From NCBI GenBank assembly GCA_011174795.1, contig DUEY01000004.1, positions 101 to 64,100 on the forward strand: a stretch of DNA of 64,000 nucleotides. The letters are read 5' to 3'. A program made the position numbers and the translations under genes. Position 1 is the stretch's first letter. The number at the start of each line of letters is the position of its first letter. Below, piece after piece: positions 1-9,354 of the stretch. A model generated the notes under the pieces. It was not told the DNA's origin and searched no databases. It worked only from the letters and a program-made list of their open reading frames with translations. Source of the DNA: Dehalococcoidia bacterium (GTDB taxonomy: Bacteria; Chloroflexota; Dehalococcoidia; SZUA-161).

Positions 1-1
1 A

Positions 2-290
2 TTGACGCCAACATCGCCGTGGACCCCACCGCCGACGACTACGCACACGGCGACACCGACGGCAACGGCGGCAGTGACCGAGACATCAACGCCGACTCCG
101 CCGTGGACGCCACCGCCGACAGCTACGCCGACGGCAACACCGACGGCGACAGCGGCAATGACCGAGACGGCCACGCCGACGGCAACACCCACGCCGCCAG
201 GGACGCCTCCGCCTACCGATACGCCTACGGTGACGCCGACACCAACGCCGCCATGGACACCTCTGCCTGATACAACGGCGCCGGCAGCGG
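2..290 (+). repeat. Imperfect tandem coding repeats (Pro/Thr linker, roughly 31-aa period)
   Basis: The PTPPWTPPPT...TATAA(V/M)TET...TPTAT units recur. A similar PT tract occurs again at about 1100-1250. Confidence 0.55.
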
Positions 291-1414
291 TTACCAACCT
301 GTCGGTAATAGGCGCCACCGTGAATTCCATAACACTGACATGGGTCGCGCCGGGTGATGACGGCACTTCGGGGAACGCGGCACAGTATGATATCCGCTAC
401 TTCAATGCGCCGATAACCAGCGAGGCTGTATGGAATACCGCGATGCAGGTGGCAGGTGAGCCCGTGCCACAGCCAGCAGGCTCGACTGAGAACTTCGTGG
501 TTGCCGGGCTGAGCTCCGGTACAACCTACTACTTCGCCATAAAGACGGCTGATGAGGTTCCCAACTGGTCGGGATTGTCCAATAGTCCGTTTGGGGTTAC
601 ACAGAGCGCAGGTGGTGGAGGATGGGGTGGTGGTGCACCTCCGCCTCAGACGTTGCTACTGGTGGTGAATCTGCTGGGCAACATGGACCAGGGGACAATG
701 ACTGCGGATGGAGTGCTCATGGAGTCTATAGATGCCACCGCCGAGGATGGCGTGCTGCTTGCATCCTTATCCCAGGGGACGAAGGTGCTGGGCCCAGACG
801 GCAAGCCGCTTACACGTCTAACCGTCATTAGGGTGGAATCGCTGACATCACTGCCCGAGGGCTATCTACTGGTTGCCGCTTTCGACTTCCAGCCCGATGG
901 CTCTACTTTCGGCAAGCCGATGCATATAACGGTAAATTATGAAGAGGGCGATATCCCTGAGGGGTGCAGCGAGGTATGCCTGGTCGTTGCTCATTTGGAT
1001 AATGAAAGCGGTGAATATTTGTTTATTACTGGCGTAGTGGATACCGATGCCAATACCGTTACCTTTTCTATTGATAGCACCAGCATTGTTGCCATTCTCG
1101 CTCCGGTGCCCGCGCCCGCGACGCCCACCCTTACGCTAACGCCGACGCCTGCGCCGACATCGACCCCGACACCTGGATATACCGAAACGCCGACGCCGCA
1201 ACCCACAGCGACGCCGACTCCGGGGCCGACGGAAGCCCCTCCGCCGGGGTTGGGCCCCGGTGCCTGGACCGGCATCGGTTTAGGCGCTCTCGCGCTTCTG
1301 GGGTTGCTTCTCGGGTTATTTGTGTGGCAGCGACGCAAGAGGAAGTGGGAACGGGTTTTACAGGAAATCGGCTGGACGCCCTGGTCTTGGGAAGGAAGAG
1401 TGAAGACTACGTAG
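2..1414 (+). CDS. Cell-surface protein (5' partial): Pro/Thr-rich linkers, fibronectin-III-like domain, C-terminal transmembrane anchor
   Basis: The ORF is open at the window edge. It has long TPTATPTPPWTPPPT-type repeats at both ends and an FN3-like core (TLTWVAPGDDGTSGNAAQYDIRYF). The C-terminus is a hydrophobic helix (GIGLGALALLGLLLGLFVW) followed by RRKRK. Confidence 0.7.
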   Translation: MTPTSPWTPPPTTTHTATPTATAAVTETSTPTPPWTPPPTATPTATPTATAAMTETATPTATPTPPGTPPPTDTPTVTPTPTPPWTPLPDTTAPAAVTNLSVIGATVNSITLTWVAPGDDGTSGNAAQYDIRYFNAPITSEAVWNTAMQVAGEPVPQPAGSTENFVVAGLSSGTTYYFAIKTADEVPNWSGLSNSPFGVTQSAGGGGWGGGAPPPQTLLLVVNLLGNMDQGTMTADGVLMESIDATAEDGVLLASLSQGTKVLGPDGKPLTRLTVIRVESLTSLPEGYLLVAAFDFQPDGSTFGKPMHITVNYEEGDIPEGCSEVCLVVAHLDNESGEYLFITGVVDTDANTVTFSIDSTSIVAILAPVPAPATPTLTLTPTPAPTSTPTPGYTETPTPQPTATPTPGPTEAPPPGLGPGAWTGIGLGALALLGLLLGLFVWQRRKRKWERVLQEIGWTPWSWEGRVKTT

Positions 1415-1451
1415 AGCTTTGGGTAGTTTCAATATAGGTTGCGAAACGAAA

Positions 1452-1476
1452 AACGGGCGACTATCAGTCGCCCGTT
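1452..1476. terminator. Bidirectional stem-loop between convergent genes
   Basis: aacgggcgact-atc-agtcgcccgtt gives an 11-bp perfect stem. It is followed by a T-rich run and lies between the stops at 1414 (+) and 1532 (-). Confidence 0.6.
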
Positions 1477-1531
1477 ACTATTTGCTGTATTTTCAGGGCA
1501 AAAGCCCTTTTTCCTGCTTTTGAAACAAGAG

Positions 1532-3973
1532 CTAGGATGCTTTGTTCTTATTCCCCGTCTTTTTCTGGGACTTCTTTTCTGCCTTCTCTTCTTCCTTCAT
1601 GAACTCCTTCATCCCCTTGGCAAGCTGCTCCAGTCGGTCCTGAACACGCCTGTTGATAGATTTCGCCTCGAACCTGCCGTCCTTCAATCGCTTTCCTGCC
1701 TTCATACCTGTCAGCAACTCTATACCCTCATCCACATTATGCACACTGTACATATTAAATTTACCTTCTCGTATTGATTCCACCACCTCCTCCTTCAGCA
1801 TCAGGTTCTGGACGTTACTCTCGGGGACTATCACCCCCTGCTCGCCGGTCAGCCCTCTGGACTTGCACAGCTCATAGAACCCCTCTATCTTCTGGTTCAC
1901 GCCACCGATCGCCTGCACTTCGCCCTTCTGGTTGATCGATCCAGTCACAGCGATGCCCTGCTTGATGGGAATGCCGGAGATAGCGGAGAGAAGCGCATAG
2001 AGCTCGGTGCTGGAGGCACTATCGCCTTCCACCTCCTCGTAGCTCTGCTCAAAGACAATGCGTGCGGCGAGGGAGAGGGGGATACTGCTGGCATAGCGTT
2101 CAGCTAAGAAACCGCTGAGGATGAGGACCCCCTTGGTATGGATAGGACCACCCAGCTTGGCTTCGCGCTCGATGTCTATCAGCCCCTCGCGGCCGGCGGC
2201 GACGCTGGCTGTTATACGGTTCGGTCTGCCGAAACTGAGGTCGCCCAGATTGACTATCGACAAGCTGTTTACCTGTCCTATGGCATCACCCCCGGTGTCT
2301 ATCTTGAGGAGCCCCCGCTCCATCATCTCCCTGAGGCGCTCCTGAACCAGATTTGAGCGATAATCCTTCTCCTCAATAGCCTTTGAGATGTGCTCACTCA
2401 GTATCAGTTTCTTATTATCTGTTCCCGCCCAGTAGTTAGCCTCCCTGATGATATCCGCTATTTCTGCGAATCTTGTAGAGAGCTTCTGCTGATCTTCAGC
2501 CAGCCTGGAGCTGTGATCGATGATTTTAGCCACGGCCATCTTGTCCAGATGACGGAGATTCTCCTTGCCGCAAACAGCACAGAGCGTGGCATTATACAGT
2601 CTCAAGGTGTCGTCATTAAGGTCCATCTGGCTGTCGAAATGCGCCTTGACCTTGAACAACTCGGGGAACTCGCGGTCGTACCTGTAGAGCAGGTAGTAGT
2701 ACAGGTTCTCGCCGATGAGGATGACCTTGATATTCAGGGGTATTGGCTCCGGCTGGATAGTCTTGAGAGTGAAGAAGCCGAACCGCTCCGCCAGCTCTTC
2801 GATAATAATTTTCTGCTCTCTGAGGGAGCGTTTCAGGCTCTCCCATGACATAATATTCTGCAGGATATCCTCCACCCTGATAACCAGATAGCCGCCGTTG
2901 GCCTTATGTAGAGAGCCGGAGCGAATCATGGTGAAGTCGCTGCTGATGGCGCCGAAGTGCGTTTCCTTCTCAAGCCGGCCTATGAGGTTATTGAACGTGG
3001 GGTTCATCTCTATGATTACGGGGGCGCCTTTGAGATGCGAGTTGTCAACGAGGACGTTCACCTCATATTTTTTAAAGGTCTGCGCTGCGGCCAGCTGGGC
3101 GAAGGGATTCCCCGACTCGGGCTCCGGTGGGGAGCGGAAAAAGTCCTTATCTTCGACAACGTTTTCCTGTACCGCTTTGAGGTATTCAATGGTGTCGGGG
3201 TTATCCCCGTATTTTTTAATCAGGTCTCCAATTGGCGCTTCCAGAACAAACTGGACAACCTCCTCGTCCGTCTTCTCGATTCGCTCTGAGGTTTCCCTGT
3301 CCCAGGCTTTTATCTGGGTCATAGCCTCTTTAAGCTCATCTTGAATATCCTCACGGCGCTTGTTGAGTTCCTCCTTTTTTTCCGGACTGAGGGCCAGCAT
3401 ATCCTGCTCGGAGAGGGGTTTTCCATCAACGATGGGGATAATCATTATGCCCATGGGCGACATCTGAATGGCGAAACCCTTTTCATGGGCCATCTGGTTC
3501 AGCTGGTTGAACAGCTTTTCCTTCCTTTCGTTGAAGGTGTGGACTATGGCGTCTCGCCGTTTGACGTAGTCGTCGCTTTCGAATGCCTTGCGGATATCTG
3601 TCTGGACCGTATCCACGAGTTTTTTCATGTCTTTTTGAAACCGGGCTCCCGTACCGGCCTTCAGCTTTAGAGATTTGGGCCGGTAGGAGTCCTGAAAGTT
3701 GTGAACATAGCACCAGTCCGGCGGCACATCCTTGTCCCGGGCTATGCGCTCCAGGAAGGCGACGATGGCTGTCATTTTCCCGGTGCCGGGCAGACCTGCG
3801 GCATAGATATTAAAACCGGAATGCTGTACGCCCAGGCCAAACTGAAGGGCATGGAGTGCCCGGTCCTGCCCGATTATGGTCGATACCGGCTCCAGGCTCT
3901 CCGTGCTCTCGAGTCCCAGATTATCCGGGTTGCAAACGCGTCTCACCTCTGCGGCCGTTAGCTTCCTGGGCAT
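1532..3973 (-). CDS. Lon-like ATP-dependent protease (AAA+ module with large helical insertion plus Lon S16 proteolytic domain; COG1067/LonC-like)
   Basis: Walker A is GLPGTGKMT. The C-terminal Lon protease domain reads GDSASSTELYALLSAISGIPIKQGIAVTGSINQKGEVQAIGGVNQKIEGF. A GGAGG RBS precedes the ATG. Confidence 0.85.
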   Translation of the reverse strand: MPRKLTAAEVRRVCNPDNLGLESTESLEPVSTIIGQDRALHALQFGLGVQHSGFNIYAAGLPGTGKMTAIVAFLERIARDKDVPPDWCYVHNFQDSYRPKSLKLKAGTGARFQKDMKKLVDTVQTDIRKAFESDDYVKRRDAIVHTFNERKEKLFNQLNQMAHEKGFAIQMSPMGIMIIPIVDGKPLSEQDMLALSPEKKEELNKRREDIQDELKEAMTQIKAWDRETSERIEKTDEEVVQFVLEAPIGDLIKKYGDNPDTIEYLKAVQENVVEDKDFFRSPPEPESGNPFAQLAAAQTFKKYEVNVLVDNSHLKGAPVIIEMNPTFNNLIGRLEKETHFGAISSDFTMIRSGSLHKANGGYLVIRVEDILQNIMSWESLKRSLREQKIIIEELAERFGFFTLKTIQPEPIPLNIKVILIGENLYYYLLYRYDREFPELFKVKAHFDSQMDLNDDTLRLYNATLCAVCGKENLRHLDKMAVAKIIDHSSRLAEDQQKLSTRFAEIADIIREANYWAGTDNKKLILSEHISKAIEEKDYRSNLVQERLREMMERGLLKIDTGGDAIGQVNSLSIVNLGDLSFGRPNRITASVAAGREGLIDIEREAKLGGPIHTKGVLILSGFLAERYASSIPLSLAARIVFEQSYEEVEGDSASSTELYALLSAISGIPIKQGIAVTGSINQKGEVQAIGGVNQKIEGFYELCKSRGLTGEQGVIVPESNVQNLMLKEEVVESIREGKFNMYSVHNVDEGIELLTGMKAGKRLKDGRFEAKSINRRVQDRLEQLAKGMKEFMKEEEKAEKKSQKKTGNKNKAS

Positions 3974-4196
3974 GGTTACCTCCGAATCACGTTATAGCAT
4001 CGTGGTCTTTGAAGCGTTCATTGCGCCCAGCTAGTAAGTATAGCATAACGCTGCTGGCCAAATCACCAGATTATGCGCGTATTTGTCGGGAAGAATATGA
4101 GGTTTAGACCTGAGTTGCTTATGGAGGTTGCGCTTCAGGGAGTGGGGTGGAGTATCCGCTTCAACTATGAGGGGTGTGTTGAGCGGGGATGCCCGT

Positions 4197-5096
4197 TTAC
4201 TTGTTGTGGTTGTCTATTCCAGCAGCCGCCAGGATATCGGGAACAACCTCTTCCCTGCCGATGGCCATAATGTGCACACCGTCGCAGATGGAATATTTCT
4301 TGAGCTCGGCGATCATGCGGCCGGCGATCTCAATACCTTTATTGAGCGCCTCTCCTTTGGGCGCCTCAGCCATTTCATCGATCAGGTGCTGGGGTACGAA
4401 GATGCCGGGCACGTTCTCGTTCATATATTTTGCCATCCTGGCCGACACCAGCAGGACTATCCCCGCCAAGATCTTCACGGGGTATTGACGGGCGTAATCC
4501 ATGAATTTGGCGAAGTTGTCCAGGTCGTAGATGGCCTGCGTTTGTATGAACTCGGCCCCGGCCTCGATTTTCTTCTCGAACTTGATCAGCTGGGGTTCGA
4601 TCGGGTTTGCCTCGGGGGTGACTATAGCCCCAGCGCAGAACTCGACAGAGCCATCGAGGTCGTTACCCCCCATGTCTTTGCCCGATTCCATTTGCCTTAT
4701 CGCTCTGAGCAGTTGAACCGAGTCGAGCTCGAAGACGCCTTTTGCCTCCTTGTGGTCTCCAACCGGGACGGCGTCTCCGGTAAGGCAGAGGACGTTCCGT
4801 ATGCCCCTTGTATATGCCAGGAGGAGTTCGGCTTGCAGTGCGAGCTGATTGCGGTCGCGGCAGGTCATCTGAAGTATGGGTTCGCCACCATGCTCCTTTA
4901 TCTCAAGACAGCCGCCGATTGAGGGAAAGCGCATCACCGAGCTCTGGTGATCGGTGACGTTTATCGCGTCCACCTTATCCTTGAGTATGTCGATATGGTG
5001 GCGCATATTCTCGATGTTCGTCCCTTTCGGCGGGCCGATCTCGCTGGTCACGACGAACTTGCCGGAGTTGAGGGCTTCCTTGAAACTCTGTGCCAT
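4197..5096 (-). CDS. metF: Methylenetetrahydrofolate reductase, small MetF type
   Basis: The start is placed at internal MAQSFKEALNSGKFVVTSEIGPPKG (aa 47 of the ORF) with a GGAGG RBS. This choice avoids overlap with the upstream gene. The sequence is MTHFR-like throughout (AINVTDHQSS, LQMTCRDRN, NVLCLTGD). Confidence 0.85.
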   Translation of the reverse strand: MAQSFKEALNSGKFVVTSEIGPPKGTNIENMRHHIDILKDKVDAINVTDHQSSVMRFPSIGGCLEIKEHGGEPILQMTCRDRNQLALQAELLLAYTRGIRNVLCLTGDAVPVGDHKEAKGVFELDSVQLLRAIRQMESGKDMGGNDLDGSVEFCAGAIVTPEANPIEPQLIKFEKKIEAGAEFIQTQAIYDLDNFAKFMDYARQYPVKILAGIVLLVSARMAKYMNENVPGIFVPQHLIDEMAEAPKGEALNKGIEIAGRMIAELKKYSICDGVHIMAIGREEVVPDILAAAGIDNHNK

Positions 5097-5110
5097 TCTA
5101 TCCCTCCTCC

Positions 5111-5755
5111 TCACGAAATAATGGTCACGCGCGGCCTGAGCACAATCTGAGAATTCTTGACAGGCTGGTACTTTCTCATCAAGTCGAGCCTGCCCTGCTC
5201 GTTGAGGCGCTGGTAGATGAGCGTCCAGGCGCAATCCTTCTCTTTATCGACTTCGCATTTGCCGTTATTGGTGCCGCCACAGGGCCCGTTGAGCAATCCC
5301 TTGTGGCATGCGGTGATAGGGCAGATGCCCGCGGTATAACCCAGGACGCAGTGCCCGCACTGGTCACATACCTCGTGGAAATAGCCCGGCCCGTCCTCTA
5401 CACCGATAAAGAGGGTGTCCAGAGCGGGGATGACCGGCTTGCTGATATAAGAACCGACCTTCTGTACACCCAGGGCGCAGGACATCACCAGAATGCAGTC
5501 CGCACTCTGAATGAAGCCGGTGTTTTCATTCAGGGATGCTTCTGTCATATCATCGCAGGCGGTGGGGATGACCGTCCAGCCGGTAACCATCTTCCCCATT
5601 TCCTGCAGGCGCTCCTTCATATCTAGGACCTCTTCTCTGCCGCCGGTCCTGGTCATGGTGGCGCATGTACCGCAGCCGATGATATATACCCTTTCCAGAC
5701 CCTCAAGTTGATGCTCGACCTCCTCGAGTGACTTCTGTCTGGTTATAGATTTCAT
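5111..5755 (-). CDS. metV: MetV-like Cys-rich subunit (MTHFR C-terminal-type domain)
   Basis: Cys-rich segment CDQCGHCVLGYTAGICPITACHKGLLNGPCGGTNNGKCEVDKEKDCAW carries the GPCGG hallmark. The gene lies immediately upstream of metF with a 14-nt gap. Confidence 0.75.
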   Translation of the reverse strand: MKSITRQKSLEEVEHQLEGLERVYIIGCGTCATMTRTGGREEVLDMKERLQEMGKMVTGWTVIPTACDDMTEASLNENTGFIQSADCILVMSCALGVQKVGSYISKPVIPALDTLFIGVEDGPGYFHEVCDQCGHCVLGYTAGICPITACHKGLLNGPCGGTNNGKCEVDKEKDCAWTLIYQRLNEQGRLDLMRKYQPVKNSQIVLRPRVTIIS

Positions 5756-5801
5756 GCTTCACCCCCACTGAAGGCTGACGGCTGACAACCGTACTCCTGC
5801 A

Positions 5802-8800
5802 TTAGGTCTCCAGGTCGCATCTCAGGCAGCGCTTGGCTTCCTGTCTCGCTACCTCCTCGGAGAAGCCCTGCTCGATCTCTTCGAAGGTGCGCTTCCTTTC
5901 CTGGACAGGAAGCTTAGGCATCTCCAGTCTTGGCTGGGCTTCCCATGTTTCCTCGACTTCCAGGCTCTGGATCTCTCCGTTGCCCCTTTTCTTGAGGTCG
6001 TACATTTCTACACGTGAAGTGTCCTCCTTGAGGTACTTGTCTATTGCGATAGCCGCTCTCCTCCCGGCAGCGATAGCTTCTACGACCATCCCCGGGCCGG
6101 TGACGAAGTCTCCCCCGGCGAAGATACCGGGGATATTTGTGCATAGCCTGTTGCTGTCGACGACCAACGTCTCCCACCTGGTACGCTCCAGGGCGCTATC
6201 GCTGGGCAGGAATGAAAGGTCTGGTGCCTGCCCCACGGCGGCGATAACAGTATCGGCCTCGACGAAGAACTCGGAGCCGGGGATAGGAACGGGGCGCCGC
6301 CTCCCGCTGGCATCTGGCTCGCCCAACGTCATGCGGATACACTGCAGGCCGGTCGCTCTCCAGTTACTGCTCTCTACCCTCGTGGGACTGACAAGGAAGT
6401 TGAACTGGATGTTCTCAGCAACTGCCTCGTCGTACTCTACCTCGGTTACCGGCATCTCGCCTCGCGACCGCCTGTAGTAGATATTTACCTCGTCGGCACC
6501 GAGACGGAGAGCGGTGCGGGCAGCGTCGAGCGCTACGTTTCCGCCCCCGATGACGGCCACCCTATTCCCGACTGCTACCTGTTTGCCCACCTTGACATCA
6601 CGCAGGAAGCGCAGCCCGTAGTGGAAGTTCTCTACGTCCTCCAGCTCGCCAGGGATGCCTATCCGCTGGCTTCGCTGAGCGCCGGCAGCGATGAAGACCG
6701 CGTCATAGCCATCTTTCTTGAGGTCTTCTACAGTGAAATTCACATTGATCGGCGTGTTGTATCGTATCTCGACGCCGCGCTTGGCGATATGGTCTATCTC
6801 ATTCTGAATAACCTCATTGGGCAGACGGAACTGGGGTATGGCTACCGAGAGCATGCCTCCTCCCACGGGGAGGGCTTCGAAAACCGTCACCGGATAGCCC
6901 GACTGAGCAAGGAAATAGGCACAGCTCAGGCCGGTGGGCCCTGCTCCGACGACAGCCACTCTCTGGTCATTGGTCTGGGGGAAGGGTTCCGGTGCCGGCA
7001 ATTCGTCAACGTGGTCAAAGTACCAATCGGCGGCGAAGCGTTTCAACTCCCTGATGGCCACCGGTTCATCGAGCTCGCCTCGGCGACAGCGCCCTTCGCA
7101 GGGATGATGGCAGATGCGGCCGCAGATGGCGGGGAAGGGATTTCGCTCCCTAATAGTCTCGACAGCCTCCAGGTATTCACCGGCGGCGATGTGTGCCACG
7201 TACTTGGGTACGTTGATCCCCACGGGACACGTATGCTGGCAGGGGGATATCATTAAGGCATCGCAGACTGCAGCGGGGCATTTCTTCTCCTTAATGTGAG
7301 CCTCGAACTCATCGCGAAAGTACTTGATAGTGGTGAGCACCGGATTGGGGCAGGTCTGGCCCAGGCCGCAGAGCGAGCATTCCTTGACGGTGTAGGCTAT
7401 GTTCTCCAGTATATTGATGTCCTCATCACGCCCCTTGCCCTGGGTTATCCTGGTCAGTATCTCCAGCATCTGCTTGGTTCCCAGACGGCAGGGGACACAT
7501 TTCCCACATGACTCGGTCTGAGTAAAACTAAGGAAATACCTGGCTATCTCTACCATGCAGGTGCTCTCGTCCATTACCACCATGCCGCCTGAGCCCATAA
7601 TCGATCCGAGTTGAGCGAGGGAATCGTACTCCACAGGGAAATCGAGAAACTGAACCGGGATGCATCCACCAGAGGGACCGCCAGTCTGTACCGCTTTAAA
7701 CTGCTTGCCCCGGGGAATGCCGCCTCCGATATCGAAAATAATGGAGTCTAGGGAGGTGCCCATAGGGACTTCGACTAATCCACTATTGGCGATCTTGCCA
7801 GTGAGGGCGAATACTGCCGTTCCCTTGCTTTTCTCGGTACCGATGCTGGCGAACCATTCGGCTCCGCGGTCGATGATAACCGGTACTGTGACAAGCGTCT
7901 TCACATTGTTAATAATGGTAGGCTTTCCATTCAAACCCGATTGAGCGGGGAAGGGAGGGCGGGGACGGGGCATTCCCCGCCGGCTTTCTATGGAAGCTAT
8001 TAAGGCTGTCTCTTCGCCGCAGACAAAGGCTCCAGAACCCTCTTTGACATGTACTGAAAAGTCGAAGCCCGAACCAAATATGTTCTTTCCCAGGAATCCC
8101 CTTCCCTGTGCTTGTTCCAGAGCGATGCGAAATCTTTTCACTGCTAATGGATATTCGGCACGAACATAGATATAGCCCTCGGTAGCACCTATAGCGTATC
8201 CGGCGATGGACAGCCCTTCAATGACAGCATGGGGGTCAGCCTCAAGGATGGAGCGATCCATGAAAGCTCCGGGGTCGCCCTCGTCGGCATTGCAGATTAC
8301 GTATTTCTGCTCGCCAATGGCATTGCGGCAGAGTTGCCACTTGCGCGCTGCGGGAAATCCGGCGCCGCCCCTGCCTCGAAGGCCGGACTTGGCGATCTCT
8401 TCGATGACTTCTTCAGGTGTCATCTTAAGGAGAGCTCTCTCTACTGCCTGGTAACCGCCGCGGGCGATATAGTCATCGATTTTCTCGGGATTAATGTGTC
8501 CGCAATTTCGAAGGACGATACGCTGCTGTCCACTGTAGAATTTTATATCTGAATAGAGGGGTATGGCTTGTCCGGTTACAGGGTCGCGGTAGAAGAGACG
8601 CTCGACCGGCTTACCATCGCAAAGATGGGAACTGACAATCTCGGAGGCATCCTCAGCCTCGACGTGGGTATAAAAGATACCATCGGGCTCAATTACCACA
8701 TTAGGGCCCTGCTCGCAAAAGCCGTGACAGCCGGTGAAGTCCACTGTAACATCTGCCATACCCTGCCGCGCCACCTCAGCCTGGAGCGCATCGTAAACTT

Positions 8801-8864
8801 CACCGGATCTCGCTGAAAAGCAGCCTGTTCCCTGACAAACAAAGACAGTATGATGGCTTTGCAT
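5802..8864 (-). CDS. Fusion flavoprotein: N-terminal thioredoxin-like [2Fe-2S] domain, NuoF/HydB-like NADH-FMN-[4Fe-4S] module, and GltD/NfnB-like FAD/NAD(P)H module
   Basis: NuoF motifs are GRGGAGFPAARKW, GEETALIASIE and ESCGKCVPCRLG. The GltD-like part has Cys clusters (CQHTCPVG, CGRICHHPCEGRCRRG) and two Rossmann motifs (VAVVGAGPTGLSCA, VAVIGGGNVALDAA). Confidence 0.85.
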   Translation of the reverse strand: MQSHHTVFVCQGTGCFSARSGEVYDALQAEVARQGMADVTVDFTGCHGFCEQGPNVVIEPDGIFYTHVEAEDASEIVSSHLCDGKPVERLFYRDPVTGQAIPLYSDIKFYSGQQRIVLRNCGHINPEKIDDYIARGGYQAVERALLKMTPEEVIEEIAKSGLRGRGGAGFPAARKWQLCRNAIGEQKYVICNADEGDPGAFMDRSILEADPHAVIEGLSIAGYAIGATEGYIYVRAEYPLAVKRFRIALEQAQGRGFLGKNIFGSGFDFSVHVKEGSGAFVCGEETALIASIESRRGMPRPRPPFPAQSGLNGKPTIINNVKTLVTVPVIIDRGAEWFASIGTEKSKGTAVFALTGKIANSGLVEVPMGTSLDSIIFDIGGGIPRGKQFKAVQTGGPSGGCIPVQFLDFPVEYDSLAQLGSIMGSGGMVVMDESTCMVEIARYFLSFTQTESCGKCVPCRLGTKQMLEILTRITQGKGRDEDINILENIAYTVKECSLCGLGQTCPNPVLTTIKYFRDEFEAHIKEKKCPAAVCDALMISPCQHTCPVGINVPKYVAHIAAGEYLEAVETIRERNPFPAICGRICHHPCEGRCRRGELDEPVAIRELKRFAADWYFDHVDELPAPEPFPQTNDQRVAVVGAGPTGLSCAYFLAQSGYPVTVFEALPVGGGMLSVAIPQFRLPNEVIQNEIDHIAKRGVEIRYNTPINVNFTVEDLKKDGYDAVFIAAGAQRSQRIGIPGELEDVENFHYGLRFLRDVKVGKQVAVGNRVAVIGGGNVALDAARTALRLGADEVNIYYRRSRGEMPVTEVEYDEAVAENIQFNFLVSPTRVESSNWRATGLQCIRMTLGEPDASGRRRPVPIPGSEFFVEADTVIAAVGQAPDLSFLPSDSALERTRWETLVVDSNRLCTNIPGIFAGGDFVTGPGMVVEAIAAGRRAAIAIDKYLKEDTSRVEMYDLKKRGNGEIQSLEVEETWEAQPRLEMPKLPVQERKRTFEEIEQGFSEEVARQEAKRCLRCDLET

Positions 8865-8865
8865 G

Positions 8866-9354
8866 CTATCCGCTGCCCTTTTTGTCCTCGAAGAGTTGAG
8901 CTACCTTCTTAGGATTCATGTTGCCATGGGTATCCTTTCCGATAACGATATTGGGTGCCAGGGCACAAACGCCTATACAGGCGACGGTCTCCAGTGTGTA
9001 CTCTAAGTCGGGGCTGGTCTGGCCTTCTTCGAGGCCAAGATGCTGCTTCACTAATTTTAATATAGTCTTCCCACCACGTACGTGGCACGCTGTGCCCCGA
9101 CACACCCTGACAACCCTTTTCCCTCGGGGCGTGGTATAGAGCTGTTCATAGAAAGTGATTACCCCCTGTACCTCTGACGGGAATAGCGCGAACGCTCGGG
9201 CTATGGGATTGATAGCCTCGGGAGGAATGTATCCGATCTCATCCTGAATCTCCTGAAGGAGAGGGATGAGGGGCCAACTCTGCTCACGGTAGCTATCTAT
9301 GATCTCAGCTACCCGCGTCATGTCGGGTTTGACTGTTTCTGGAGTCTTATCCAT
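8866..9354 (-). CDS. NuoE/HydC-like thioredoxin-fold [2Fe-2S] ferredoxin
   Basis: Motifs VRVCRGTACHVRGG ... ETVACIGVCALAPN. The gene overlaps the upstream stop by 8 nt and ends 1 nt before the next start. Confidence 0.85.
   Translation of the reverse strand: MDKTPETVKPDMTRVAEIIDSYREQSWPLIPLLQEIQDEIGYIPPEAINPIARAFALFPSEVQGVITFYEQLYTTPRGKRVVRVCRGTACHVRGGKTILKLVKQHLGLEEGQTSPDLEYTLETVACIGVCALAPNIVIGKDTHGNMNPKKVAQLFEDKKGSG

Noticed and set aside
1532-3973. Lon-like protease as part of a BREX-type defence island
   Set aside because: None of the other BREX components (methyltransferase, PglZ, BrxA/B/C) are present nearby. The neighbours are a surface protein and folate or redox metabolism genes.
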